A model generated the notes under the pieces. That model ran no database searches and had not been told where the DNA came from. It worked only from the letters and a program-made list of their open reading frames with translations. A stretch of 64,000 nt of DNA from Candidatus Roizmanbacteria bacterium (lineage in GTDB: Bacteria; Patescibacteriota; Microgenomatia; UBA1406): contig JANLHL010000016.1 of assembly GCA_024654535.1 (NCBI GenBank), positions 224,626 to 288,625 on the forward strand, in the 5' to 3' direction. Shown here one piece after another: positions 19,649 to 29,764 of the stretch. Made by a program: the position numbers and the translations under genes. Each line of letters begins with the position of its first letter. Within the stretch, counting starts at the first letter, position 1.

Positions 19649-20176
19649 ATGATGTATATACTTCTGTTCTTATTTTTTATCTCACTACTTTTCTTTGTTT
19701 TACCTTCGCTGTCGCCAGTCCCCTATTTTCCATCGAATCATAAAGATGCAAAACATATCATGGATTCTCTGGAAAGTACAAAGACAGACGTTGTGGTAGA
19801 CCTTGGTGCTGGAGATGGCTGGGTAGTGTTTGCAGCTGCTGCACAGTCAAGAATACACACATCATATACTCGTTTTATCGCAGTAGAAATAAATCCCCTC
19901 TTATGTGCAGTGCTCTTCATACGTAGACTTTTTCACCCAAATAGAAAAAACATACAAATAGTACGAGCAGATCTATTTACTTTTCAGCTCAGTCAATACG
20001 TTTCAAAAAAAGAAAGCGTATGCATATATGTCTATATATCTCCTTGGATGCTGAAGCGGGCAATACAAAATATTCGCGTTCACATGCCCAAAGCACATAT
20101 CGTGAGCTACATGTACCCGTTGCATGAAAAAGCAAAACGAGTATTGAACGGTGTTCATAAAACCTATACCTACTGA
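19649..20176 (+). CDS. SAM-dependent methyltransferase
   Basis: PVPYFPS, VDLGAGDG, VEINP. Confidence 0.85.
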   Translation: MMYILLFLFFISLLFFVLPSLSPVPYFPSNHKDAKHIMDSLESTKTDVVVDLGAGDGWVVFAAAAQSRIHTSYTRFIAVEINPLLCAVLFIRRLFHPNRKNIQIVRADLFTFQLSQYVSKKESVCIYVYISPWMLKRAIQNIRVHMPKAHIVSYMYPLHEKAKRVLNGVHKTYTY

Positions 20177-20203
20177 TGACCCAAAATTCTATATACTAGC
20201 TAT

Positions 20204-20749
20204 ATGGTAGCTTTTGATATGTCTATATCTCAGTTAATTACGAGTGCTATGCCGCATAACACATTTATGGATATGTTTTTCAGCCTCTTTGCACTACGTG
20301 GCGCGCTTGCTTACCTTTGGGCACTGCCTGTCTTGTTTGTATTTACCTATGAAGAAGTACACCATCATATGTTTATAGTGCGCATGAGTATAGTGACTGT
20401 GACAAATTATGCACTATTTACACTACTTAAAATACTTATCGCTCGGCCGCGCCCCTTTCTTCAAGCAGGCACCGTTCTCTTTAATAAGCAACTTTCGCTA
20501 GCATGCCCAACCGATTTTTCATTTCCATCCGGCCACGCTACGATAGCTGTGGGAGTTGCGGTAGTTATGGCACAAACCGACAAAAAAAGACGCATGCTGT
20601 ATTACGTATTGGCATTTCTTATATGTCTTTCACGGATATATCTGCAGTGTCACTATGTGGGTGACGTTATATCTGGAGCAATACTGGGGTATGTCGTAGC
20701 TATAATAGTATGCAAGTACGTACGTGTGCCGAAGAAAAAGAAAGTCTGA
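20204..20749 (+). CDS. PAP2 family phosphatase
   Basis: K...RPRP, SFPSGH, SRIYLQCHY. Confidence 0.92.
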   Translation: MVAFDMSISQLITSAMPHNTFMDMFFSLFALRGALAYLWALPVLFVFTYEEVHHHMFIVRMSIVTVTNYALFTLLKILIARPRPFLQAGTVLFNKQLSLACPTDFSFPSGHATIAVGVAVVMAQTDKKRRMLYYVLAFLICLSRIYLQCHYVGDVISGAILGYVVAIIVCKYVRVPKKKKV

Positions 20750-20750
20750 T

Positions 20751-21950
20751 TTAGACAGTAAATTTTCCGTCTTTATATATTGTTTTTGTTGTCCCATTTC
20801 CGAGCGTTGCTGTGACCTCTCTGTTATGTGTTGCCATGATATCGCAGTGCTCTGGTGACTCATTATACCCAAGTTCGTGCAATTTCTTCGCCGTTAGAGT
20901 CTTAGGGTCCTTTGTATAGGTATCATGATATGACGTTCCCACTGCCAAGTGAGTATTTCCCCACTTGCCACCAAAGTTTTCATCGAACAGAGTATTTGCC
21001 ATAAAATGATTTATACGAGAAAAGCGTATATCGGTCAGTGAGTACTCACCTATTTTATCGGCATTCTTCTGCGCTATAAGCGCTTTCAATAGAGATTCAT
21101 TTTTAGACGCACGAGCTTTAATAACTCTCCCCTTTTCAAACGTTAAGTGAATGTCGCGGATAATATTGCCATAACGGTAGAGTGGATAATCAAAATAAAT
21201 ATGCCCCGTTGTACCGCGCCAATCTGGAGAAGTAAAGATTTCAAAACTTGGAATATTCCTACCGCCACCGCCCAACCATTTGCGGTCTTTACCCATCGTA
21301 ATCCATAGATCGGTATCTTGCGCTACTATGTGTAATTTTTGAATATTCATATCGCTCAATGTTGTCCGTATTTTCTCTAAACCCTTAAAGACAGTGCGCC
21401 ACTTCGCGAGTGGGTCTTCTGCATCGAGGAAACATGCTGATATTATTTGTTCCCAGTATTTTTCTAAGGAAATACCTGCCTGTTCTGCCATTCCTGGAGT
21501 GCCAAACAGCGCGAGTGTCCAAGTCATCTGACCTCTATCTTCTTTGTCAAACAGCCATTTGCGAACCAAGCTCGTATTTTTGTTTGATAACATTATTTTT
21601 TTAGGGTCAACATCTTTTAAGTAGAGAGGATCCCGTTCGGCTAAAAGTGCTATACGATGATCTACCGTATCAACAAATGATCGTATATATTTTTTTGGAA
21701 AAAACAGCAACTGCTCATTTGAACCATGTGTATACAGTTCTTTTGAAAATATATCGTCGGACATACGAACTATTGGGAAACCTCCACTTGAGAGTATCTG
21801 TGCATAGACTACATGTGCTAGTGGTAATGCAACGGTATCAAACTGCAGAGATACCACTTCACCTTTGTTTATACCTTTGCCACTGTTCAGAGCAAAATCA
21901 ACAAGAACTTTTGCATAGTTTTTTAGGATTCGTTTATCCGGAATATACAT
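20751..21950 (-). CDS. Aminopeptidase (M29 family)
   Basis: NIPSFEIFTSP, IGEYSL, LFDEN, HLAVG, HCD. Confidence 0.9.
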   Translation of the reverse strand: MYIPDKRILKNYAKVLVDFALNSGKGINKGEVVSLQFDTVALPLAHVVYAQILSSGGFPIVRMSDDIFSKELYTHGSNEQLLFFPKKYIRSFVDTVDHRIALLAERDPLYLKDVDPKKIMLSNKNTSLVRKWLFDKEDRGQMTWTLALFGTPGMAEQAGISLEKYWEQIISACFLDAEDPLAKWRTVFKGLEKIRTTLSDMNIQKLHIVAQDTDLWITMGKDRKWLGGGGRNIPSFEIFTSPDWRGTTGHIYFDYPLYRYGNIIRDIHLTFEKGRVIKARASKNESLLKALIAQKNADKIGEYSLTDIRFSRINHFMANTLFDENFGGKWGNTHLAVGTSYHDTYTKDPKTLTAKKLHELGYNESPEHCDIMATHNREVTATLGNGTTKTIYKDGKFTV

Positions 21951-21975
21951 GTGGAGAGTATACTAAAGTCAAGCA

Positions 21976-22044
21976 GAAATCCCAAGTTCAAATGACAGGA
22001 AAAAAGAAAGGATGATTTAAAGTTAGATATTGGATATTTGAGTT
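21976..22044. repeat. Short copy of the heptamer-arm inverted repeat element
   Basis: AAATCCCAAGTTCAAATGAC ... GATATTGGATATTTGAGTTT. Confidence 0.65.
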
Positions 22045-22740
22045 TTATCGGGTATTACTCTTATAGCTTCCCTCTTTAACCCTTCTGACAAGTGCCCGCA
22101 AAAATCCTATTCCTGTACCGCCAACAGATATATCATTCGTCACTATTGCCTTTTTAAACGTCGCCATATCTCGTACCCATGAGGGGAACAATGTATACAC
22201 AAGGCCTATTTCGTCTAAAAAATGGGCATCACTGCCAGCAACTTCTGGTTTGTGCGCACGTAAACGATTTGCAATCCTAGTAGTCACATTGCCGATAGCA
22301 TATGCGTGATATGCCTCGACAGCATCAAAGTCTTCTGTCCATATGGCATACGTACAGCCCATAGGCAGTTGGAAGGGGTGTGGCGCTATTGCAACACCGC
22401 CCTGTTTATGCGTACTTCGAAGTACCTCGCGAATAGATACGCCTTTTTTAAACGGCTTCGATATTCCATACGCCAATACGTCTCCACCCGTAGTTGAAAC
22501 TTCGCAACCAGGAATAAATACCAAATCTAATTTACGAGCCCAAAAACGCGCCTCTTTTTGTGAATCGGTATTGTCGTGATCGGTAATAGAAAATATACGA
22601 ATATTTTTTGCTTTACAGGTACGAACAATATTTTCTACCGTTCCGTTCGTACCTAGAAATATATCTTTCTCAGCTGAATGCAATGAATGCATATGAAGCT
22701 CTGCTTTATAGTGTCTCGTCACTTCGTTCATCAGTTTCAT
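22045..22740 (-). CDS. PHP domain protein
   Basis: ELHMHS, ITDHD, GCEVS, APHPF, GSDAH. Confidence 0.9.
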   Translation of the reverse strand: MKLMNEVTRHYKAELHMHSLHSAEKDIFLGTNGTVENIVRTCKAKNIRIFSITDHDNTDSQKEARFWARKLDLVFIPGCEVSTTGGDVLAYGISKPFKKGVSIREVLRSTHKQGGVAIAPHPFQLPMGCTYAIWTEDFDAVEAYHAYAIGNVTTRIANRLRAHKPEVAGSDAHFLDEIGLVYTLFPSWVRDMATFKKAIVTNDISVGGTGIGFLRALVRRVKEGSYKSNTR

Positions 22741-24052
22741 AAAATCTTAATTGTTCGCCTTGAAAAATAAAGTTTAATTCTCCTGTTGGACCATTACGAT
22801 GTTTTGCTATATACAGCTTTATCGCTTTTTTACCATCTGGTAACATATCGTCGTCTTCATCTGCGCGGTACAAAAACATAACCACATCTGCATCTTGCTC
22901 AATAGAACCTGAATCTCGCAAATCAGACAGTTGTGGCCGCCCATCCCCTCCACGTTGCTCAACAGCACGCGAGAGCTGGGAAAGTGTGATAACGGGTATC
23001 TTCAGTTCACGTGCAATATTTTTCATCGCTTGCGACACAATAGATACTTCTTGTACACGTGAATCTATATTTCTACCTGGAACTGCAAGTTGCAAATAGT
23101 CGACAATAAGTATATCGATTTTGTGTTCCATGTGGATTTTACGTGCTTTTGTGCGCATTTCATTTACTGATAACGCAGGAGTATCGTCTATGAAGATTTG
23201 GGCTTCGGCTAAACGTCCCATGGCAGAGGTCAGTCTGTTCATTTCATCGCTGTCTAGCCTACCCGTTCGCAGCTTCCACGAATCAAGCTGCGCTTCCATA
23301 ACCAACAACCTATCGACCAACTCTTCTTTACTCATTTCGAGTGAAAAAAAACCTACTTTCTTTTTTTCTTTCACCGCCAAATAATTGGCAATATTTAAGG
23401 CAAATGTCGTTTTTCCTATACTTGGACGTGCAGCAATAACTATCATATTAGAAGGGTTCATACCAGCCAGTTTGTTATCAAGTGCATGAAAACCTGTAGC
23501 AACACCACGCATGCCCTGTCCTCCCTTTACGACTTGCTCGAGCCGTTCAAAGCTCTCGGTAAGAATGTCGCGCAACGCTTGGAAATCACGTCTCGTATGT
23601 GATTGCGATAGTGCAAATAATTGCGCTTCAGCCTCATTTAAAAGTTCATTTACATCACCACCTTCATCAAATGCACTCTGTACCATACGCGAGCCCATAG
23701 AGATGATCTCACGCTTTATAGCAGCTGAGCGCACTATGAGTGCATAGTGCTCTATGTTCGCAGAGGTTGGTACCAAATCGATAAGACCAGTAATATATTC
23801 TTTACCACCTGCATCAGTAAACTGTTTTTGCTTTTTGAGCTGATCCTCAAGGGTAACTACATCGATCGGTTTTGCCTTATCAAATAAGCTCAGCATCGCT
23901 TCAAACACAAGTCTATTTTTCAAATCATAAAAATGTGCAGATTTAAGGATCTCTGAAACGAGGGAAATAGAAGAAGGATCTATAAGTACCGCGCCGAGAA
24001 CTGATTGCTCAGATTCAATACTGTGCGGAGGAAGTTTATTGCTCCCATCCAT
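22706..24052 (-). CDS. dnaB: Replicative DNA helicase
   Basis: PPHSIESEQ, AARPSIGKT, FSLEM, VDYLQL, LSQLSR, DLRDSGSIEQDAD. Confidence 0.98.
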   Translation of the reverse strand: MDGSNKLPPHSIESEQSVLGAVLIDPSSISLVSEILKSAHFYDLKNRLVFEAMLSLFDKAKPIDVVTLEDQLKKQKQFTDAGGKEYITGLIDLVPTSANIEHYALIVRSAAIKREIISMGSRMVQSAFDEGGDVNELLNEAEAQLFALSQSHTRRDFQALRDILTESFERLEQVVKGGQGMRGVATGFHALDNKLAGMNPSNMIVIAARPSIGKTTFALNIANYLAVKEKKKVGFFSLEMSKEELVDRLLVMEAQLDSWKLRTGRLDSDEMNRLTSAMGRLAEAQIFIDDTPALSVNEMRTKARKIHMEHKIDILIVDYLQLAVPGRNIDSRVQEVSIVSQAMKNIARELKIPVITLSQLSRAVEQRGGDGRPQLSDLRDSGSIEQDADVVMFLYRADEDDDMLPDGKKAIKLYIAKHRNGPTGELNFIFQGEQLRFYETDERSDETL

Positions 24053-24055
24053 ATC

Positions 24056-24697
24056 TTAAATAAAGGTCACAACTTCACGTTCTTCTGGTATAGCCTCAGC
24101 AGCTAAAGTCAATACTTTTTCTGACTTGCGGTTCACCACGTCGGTTTGCTTCATAAATTCATCGAGTCCCATGACGGCACCAAATACTTTTGGATCATGC
24201 TTTTCGGTTTTGTAATGCATCGGTATGATTATCTCCGCACCTATGGCTTTGGACAATTTCTGTGCCTGATGTGCATCGATAGTATATACGCCTCCCACCG
24301 GGATCATGAGTACGTTCGTATCTTTCACAAGTTCCAAATCGTTATCTGATAGCTCGTGTCCAAGGTCACCGCAGTGCAATATCACCACACCGTCTATAAC
24401 AAATTTAAACATTGTGTTTCTGCCTCGTTCACTTCCTTTTGCGTCATCATGAAAAGTTGAGTATCCATATATACGAACACCTTTCCGCTCATATTCACCA
24501 GGAACATCAAATACGATGGGGCTTCCCGAAACGCCTATAACAGCATCATGATCGGAATGATGGTGAGAGATAGTAACTGTATCGGCAGTAACTTTTGGAA
24601 AAGGAAAACCAACGCTTGCATCAAACGGGTCGACAACGACACTGGTTTTTGCATTTGAGAGAATAAAAGAAGAGTGGCCAAGATATTGGATTTTCAT
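24056..24697 (-). CDS. MBL-fold metallo-hydrolase
   Basis: YLGHSSF, SHHHSDH, HCGDLG, IPMHY. Start moved to ATG 24697. Confidence 0.9.
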   Translation of the reverse strand: MKIQYLGHSSFILSNAKTSVVVDPFDASVGFPFPKVTADTVTISHHHSDHDAVIGVSGSPIVFDVPGEYERKGVRIYGYSTFHDDAKGSERGRNTMFKFVIDGVVILHCGDLGHELSDNDLELVKDTNVLMIPVGGVYTIDAHQAQKLSKAIGAEIIIPMHYKTEKHDPKVFGAVMGLDEFMKQTDVVNRKSEKVLTLAAEAIPEEREVVTFI

Positions 24698-24792
24698 AAG
24701 TAACTGAAGTCTACCTTTTTTCTTCAGAAAAATCAATCGAGAGTGAATTGTAAAGCGGAGCGAGGTTCGCTCAAATTTTGGAACAAAATTTG

Positions 24793-24863
24793 AGCGGGTG
24801 AAGGGAATCGAACCCTCTTCTACTCCTTGGAAGGGAGTCATTCTACCGGTGAACTACACCCGC
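24793..24863 (-). tRNA. tRNA-Gly(TCC)
   Basis: GCGGGTG/CACCCGC acceptor stem, ACTCC-CTTCCAA-GGAGT anticodon arm, GGTTCGATTCC. Confidence 0.97.
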
Positions 24864-24934
24864 GCTTGTAAGTTATTAGTTTTCGACTATTATCGCAAAA
24901 CTATAAACTACACAAATGAAATTGTATCATATAA

Positions 24935-25546
24935 TTACCGTTTGAAAGGTTCTATCCCTAGAAATTGTTTTTTTGAAAGAGCGTAGTGAGCTGAAACATA
25001 AAAAAACACGTGTATAGATAGCGCAATCAAAAAACCTACCATTCCTATAGATTGTAAATGTGCAAATATAACACCACCAATAAGTGAAGAGGAGGTGGTA
25101 AATAATGCAAATTTTTTTCTTATAAAAAGAAAGAACGGTACGTGTACGGCAAAAAATGCGAGACCAAAAATAGTAGGAGCAAGCCCACAGGTTAATAAAC
25201 CACCCAGAAAGCACACTTGTTGGAAGAGAATCTCAAAAAACTTTGGCAGTTGGTACCCTTGCCTTTCATGCTTGGTATAGTAATCGTTTTGATAGGTAAT
25301 TGGTACAAGAATCCATAGTAAAAATAAAACTAAAACAACCGATATATAGGATAAAGACAGATTGTTAAAATATACCGAAAAGTGCTGTTGATACACAACA
25401 TACAACAATATTAGTAGAAAGACGTAAAAAAGGGTGTGTTGCCAAGGATATTTATAAAAAGTAATTTTGTATTTCTCATACAGGTAAATGGGCAAACCCA
25501 TTCCCCCAAACCAAAAAGCGAGCCACGTTATTATCCAGAAAACCAT
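24935..25546 (-). CDS. Membrane protein, degenerate CPBP/Abi (CAAX protease)-like
   Basis: FEILFQ, FFAVH and SIHVF resemble CPBP motifs. Confidence 0.5.
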   Translation of the reverse strand: MVFWIITWLAFWFGGMGLPIYLYEKYKITFYKYPWQHTLFYVFLLILLYVVYQQHFSVYFNNLSLSYISVVLVLFLLWILVPITYQNDYYTKHERQGYQLPKFFEILFQQVCFLGGLLTCGLAPTIFGLAFFAVHVPFFLFIRKKFALFTTSSSLIGGVIFAHLQSIGMVGFLIALSIHVFFYVSAHYALSKKQFLGIEPFKR

Positions 25547-25557
25547 ACGTCATGATA

Positions 25558-26229
25558 TCATTTTACGGCAAAAACCTGTACCCTACCCCCAACTTCAGCA
25601 AAGCCAGTAGTAGATGATTTTGCATAAATTATTGACCCTTTACCATGGTGAATGATCAAGTTTTTTCCTAAATGCGCAGCCAGCTTCATTGAGCCAGACC
25701 CATTAGCTTCATCTTCCGGAATGCCCCAATCGTTCGCAAAGGTTCGCGCATGGATTGTACCTTCGTTTTTATCTATCCAAGACCATACCATAGTATGCTT
25801 TTTTAGCAACGCTTGTTCACGTGAAATTGTGTCGACTAATGTAGAGTTGGCAAGCTCTTCATAATTCCATGGCGGAAGTATAGATAAATCCCCCCTTACC
25901 CATGTTAGCTCGCTTTCTGATTTCACTACTATAATATTATTCATACTGACCATATGAGTTACTGGTAGCACGTATTCTTTGTGTAAAAAATGTGCCACCC
26001 CTACCAATGCATGACCGGCAAATGGTATCTGCCTCTTCGGAGAGAAAATGCTTATATTTCGCGCTTTTATATTGTTAATAAATACTACTTCACTAAATCC
26101 ACTTTCCGATGCCATCCGTTGGCGCTCATCATTATTAAATACCCGAGTTTCATCAACAATTATTCCTACAGGATTACCATAACCACCAGATTCATTGGTA
26201 AAAACGTGCGCTATTTTCATGCTACTCAT
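25558..26229 (-). CDS. PhzF family isomerase
   Basis: VFT..GNP, FSEVVF, PFAGH, RTFA..GIPEDEANGS. Confidence 0.88.
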   Translation of the reverse strand: MSSMKIAHVFTNESGGYGNPVGIIVDETRVFNNDERQRMASESGFSEVVFINNIKARNISIFSPKRQIPFAGHALVGVAHFLHKEYVLPVTHMVSMNNIIVVKSESELTWVRGDLSILPPWNYEELANSTLVDTISREQALLKKHTMVWSWIDKNEGTIHARTFANDWGIPEDEANGSGSMKLAAHLGKNLIIHHGKGSIIYAKSSTTGFAEVGGRVQVFAVK

Positions 26230-26335
26230 ATCTCTATGGTAACAATATTTAGCTTAATGTTCACGATTGCCAAAAAAATTGTAGAATCGTACTAGACTAA
26301 CAAAATTCCAATGTGTAGTAATTTATACAAATAAT

Positions 26336-26815
26336 ATGAATACACAGCTACGCAAACTATATGAAGACGATATTGCTGACAGAAATAGTAAAATAGCAGA
26401 CGAAATATTGAACGAAAACGATAGGCAAAGAATCGTTCAAGTAGAGAATATTCTCAGCCACGAGCACGATTTATCGGCTCTAGACTATCATCATGCCGCT
26501 CTCATTTTCCAACATGGCGAAAAACTTGCGCATTACAAACAAGCTCACATACTTGCTATAAAAGCTGTTGAATTAGGAGATGATTCTGCACGTTGGCTTG
26601 CTGCAGCATCATTAGACAGATCGCTTTTGATGGAAGGTAAAGCCCAAAAGTATGGGACTCAGTTTAAACTCAATGATCAAAACGAATGGGAGCTAGCTCA
26701 ACCGATAGACCCTAACGTTACTGACAAAGAAAGAGCAAAATGGAACGTCCCGCCCTTAAAAAATGCTCTGAAAGTGTACAGGCAAAAATATACTATTAGA
26801 GTATGCTTAAAGTAA
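26336..26815 (+). CDS. Hypothetical helical protein
   Basis: AALIFQHG, DR, QKYGTQF motifs; uninterrupted ORF. Confidence 0.7.
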   Translation: MNTQLRKLYEDDIADRNSKIADEILNENDRQRIVQVENILSHEHDLSALDYHHAALIFQHGEKLAHYKQAHILAIKAVELGDDSARWLAAASLDRSLLMEGKAQKYGTQFKLNDQNEWELAQPIDPNVTDKERAKWNVPPLKNALKVYRQKYTIRVCLK

Positions 26816-27585
26816 TTACTTTATTAGTTTTATTCTTTGTACTTATGACAACACCAACAAAAATTATTGCAAAAGAAAAAACGATCCTCTTTATTCACCA
26901 CTCAACTGGTGGCAACCTAATTAAAGAAGGTAAGCTTCGTTCAGAAATAAAAAAAATAGATCCGTCTTTACAACTTTGGGACCATAATTATAATCTCTCA
27001 CCCATCTTTACAAAACTACTTGCACACAACACACATTTGCGAGGTTTGTCAGATAATAACGGCACAGTTACAGGAAAAGATTATACTATCGTTCTGAGCA
27101 ACAATAGCCCAAAAGAATACGCTGATATTTTTTCTCGAAATCCGAAAGATCCCACACTCAAAGCCATTCTTAATTATGATGTTATTGCTTTCAAAAATTG
27201 CTATCCAACAACTAAAATCGTGTCTGATAAACAACTAGCCGAAGATAAGCGCTTCTATATATCGATAAGAAATAGCCTGAAAAAATACCCAAAAAAACAA
27301 TTTATTCTCTTTACTCCACCCCCAGTACGTAAAGAGGTAACGAATACACAAAACGCCAAGAGAGCAAAACTGTTGGTACACTGGCTACGGTCTAAAGAGT
27401 TTGCTCAAAATGTGCCAAATATTCACATATTCGACTTCTTTAGTCTACTTGCAAATAATAACGGTTTCTTAAAACAGGAATATACCCGTTTGCTTCCGTG
27501 GGACTCTCATCCAAATGTACATGCCAATAAAACAGTGGCTCCCCTATTGGCTACATATCTTTTTTCAGTAGCGAGCAGTAAATAA
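26803..27585 (+). CDS. Secreted SGNH-like hydrolase
   Basis: Signal peptide, FIHHSTG, DSHPN near the C-terminus. Confidence 0.6.
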   Translation: MLKVITLLVLFFVLMTTPTKIIAKEKTILFIHHSTGGNLIKEGKLRSEIKKIDPSLQLWDHNYNLSPIFTKLLAHNTHLRGLSDNNGTVTGKDYTIVLSNNSPKEYADIFSRNPKDPTLKAILNYDVIAFKNCYPTTKIVSDKQLAEDKRFYISIRNSLKKYPKKQFILFTPPPVRKEVTNTQNAKRAKLLVHWLRSKEFAQNVPNIHIFDFFSLLANNNGFLKQEYTRLLPWDSHPNVHANKTVAPLLATYLFSVASSK

Positions 27586-27640
27586 TAATCTTCAAGAACC
27601 ACTCTAAACATCTGAGCGCTTTTATAGCTATAATGGATCA

Positions 27641-28288
27641 ATGGAAAAGAGAAAAAAATTGCTGAACACATTTGGCATTATTTTGCTGTTTCTTCTCCCT
27701 GCATTTCTCTTCCAGTGGGCCTATCAATCTGAAATACTCTCGGATATTGTGAAAGCAGTTCAGTCACACATAGCTCTCTACTTATTTATACTCACTCTAC
27801 TCAAAGGCTTTAGCATAGTCTATCCGCCAATGCCGGGAGTGGTTTTTACCATTGCGTCAATACCGCTTGTTGGCTGGAAACTCGCCTACAGTGCAGATAT
27901 TTTGGGTAGCTACTTTGGCGCTACCGTATCTTATTTTTTAGGAAAAAAGTACGGCTACACAATTCTTGAAAAAGTTATTGGGAGCGCGCTTGCAGATAAA
28001 ATAATTTCTATAAAATTAAAGCAAAAAAACCAAGTAGAAGCGGCTATATTTTTGCGCTTTGCAGCAGGTGGGCTTATATCAGACGGCCTTGCATGGGGAG
28101 CAAGCTTGATAGGGTTCAAATACATGTCATTTATTACAGGGTATCTCGTATCCCACATCCTTACTACTCTACCTGTCTTTTATCTCATATCTATTTCTAT
28201 ATCGTACCAGTCATGGGCTATCGGAGGTGTTGGTGTGGTTTTCGCTTGGCTGATTTTGTATAGATTTAAAGGTAGGTATTTCGAATAA
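27641..28288 (+). CDS. TVP38/DedA-like membrane protein
   Basis: PPMPG, GATVSYFLGKKYG, LR motif. Confidence 0.8.
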   Translation: MEKRKKLLNTFGIILLFLLPAFLFQWAYQSEILSDIVKAVQSHIALYLFILTLLKGFSIVYPPMPGVVFTIASIPLVGWKLAYSADILGSYFGATVSYFLGKKYGYTILEKVIGSALADKIISIKLKQKNQVEAAIFLRFAAGGLISDGLAWGASLIGFKYMSFITGYLVSHILTTLPVFYLISISISYQSWAIGGVGVVFAWLILYRFKGRYFE

Positions 28289-28346
28289 AACTATTTAAAA
28301 CGCTTCGGTAAAGCCTATTATTAGCCTCATTTTGATAGATTGCAGT

Positions 28347-28742
28347 TTAATTAAACTGCACTTGAAAGTTATACATGCCCATCGAACAAAGTGCCTGTAG
28401 CGTTGATCCTTTTTTCTGAGCAGGTACTTTTATTTTTGTTTCCCCTGTTGGAGGAAGGATTGTTCGATAACCCAAACTGGGTATAGTGAGAGAAGCTGAA
28501 CAGTCAAAAGTGCCCTCTGTACTTACTAGCAAAATTGTATCTATATTTGCTTTTGCGCTGGTAATACTTGGCGAATATCCACCTTTTGCACGTATCTCTA
28601 CCACTTGTTTACCTTTTTCCATTCTCACATTATTTTTTGCTTGAGTGACGACACTCTTTTCGCTAGGATTTTTACTAACTACAGCAGCTAGTATCAAAAT
28701 AACTACACCAAAAGCGATAGCTGGTATTATAAATGTCTTCAT
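28347..28742 (-). CDS. Cupredoxin-domain protein
   Basis: GGYSP, DC, CSMGMY; last gene of the copper operon. Confidence 0.85.
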   Translation of the reverse strand: MKTFIIPAIAFGVVILILAAVVSKNPSEKSVVTQAKNNVRMEKGKQVVEIRAKGGYSPSITSAKANIDTILLVSTEGTFDCSASLTIPSLGYRTILPPTGETKIKVPAQKKGSTLQALCSMGMYNFQVQFN

Positions 28743-29762
28743 TTAAAAATTTAAAATTGGTTTTATGATGCCTGCTGCGACAAGCGCATTTAATAAGTTG
28801 AGAATACCAAAAAATATCACTATTATTCCAGCTGTTTTAGTAAAAACACTAGACTGTGCTTTTTTATGAACTGTTAAAGAGCTGAAACTAAGTAACAGCA
28901 GTACTGGTAACGTACCCAGTGCAAAGGTTAGCATTATCCACGCCCCTGTCCAAAAGCTTCCAACACTTAGAGCGTACACTTGCATAGACTGTGTGAATCC
29001 ACACGGCAAAAAAAACGTTGCAGCACCTATCACTATTGGCATAAAGGTATGCTGGACACTTTTTAAACCATGTATTTTTTTGCCAAAAAAAAGTGGAATT
29101 GTCGGTTGCAACTTTTTCGACCAAGAGAATATATCTAGTAAATTAAGCCCTAATATGAGAAGCGTAAACGCAACAATAATGTTCAATATAAAAGTTGCTG
29201 TAATACCTAATTGAAACCTCGCTCCTAAGGCACCAATCACTCCACCAAGTAGAAAGAATGAGATGAGTCTTCCTACATGAAAAAGGAGTTGAGGCCGTAT
29301 TCGTTCCCCTCCTTTTGCATAATTTGCAGATAGTGATAAAACCAAACCACCTACCACTGCCATGCATGTAGAAACTGAAGCTATTACACCAATCAGAAAA
29401 GCCGTCGTAAAGTTAACGGTTGAAGAGGTAATCACATTTACTATTCCAAGCTTTTGTACAAGAATATACCCTCCAATAAATAACCCAGCAAATAATAATG
29501 CATAAGTGAAATCTGACCATTTAATTTCAGTTTTTTGTTTTTCAAGTGACAGTGAGTATCCGTGTGGTTTTAAAACATTGTCAAGCTCATTCATGATATC
29601 AATCACCGTTTTATTTTCAAAATCCCCTACTACCTGTATGGTGCGTTCTGTCAAAGACGCCGTTGCCTCTGATATATATGGAATATCTTTTAACTCACTC
29701 TCGGTTAATAATATACATGCATTACAATGCATTCCTTTTATATGAAACGTAAGTTTTTTCAT
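28743..29762 (-). CDS. HMA domain plus DsbD_2/TauE-like membrane protein
   Basis: GMHCNAC, STCMAVVGG, FLPCGFTQ, FALGTLP. Confidence 0.85.
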   Translation of the reverse strand: MKKLTFHIKGMHCNACILLTESELKDIPYISEATASLTERTIQVVGDFENKTVIDIMNELDNVLKPHGYSLSLEKQKTEIKWSDFTYALLFAGLFIGGYILVQKLGIVNVITSSTVNFTTAFLIGVIASVSTCMAVVGGLVLSLSANYAKGGERIRPQLLFHVGRLISFFLLGGVIGALGARFQLGITATFILNIIVAFTLLILGLNLLDIFSWSKKLQPTIPLFFGKKIHGLKSVQHTFMPIVIGAATFFLPCGFTQSMQVYALSVGSFWTGAWIMLTFALGTLPVLLLLSFSSLTVHKKAQSSVFTKTAGIIVIFFGILNLLNALVAAGIIKPILNF

Positions 29763-29764
29763 TG

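Noticed and set aside
24698..24841. N-terminal extension of the MBL hydrolase ORF
   Set aside because: It runs through tRNA-Gly; the family-typical start is at 24697.
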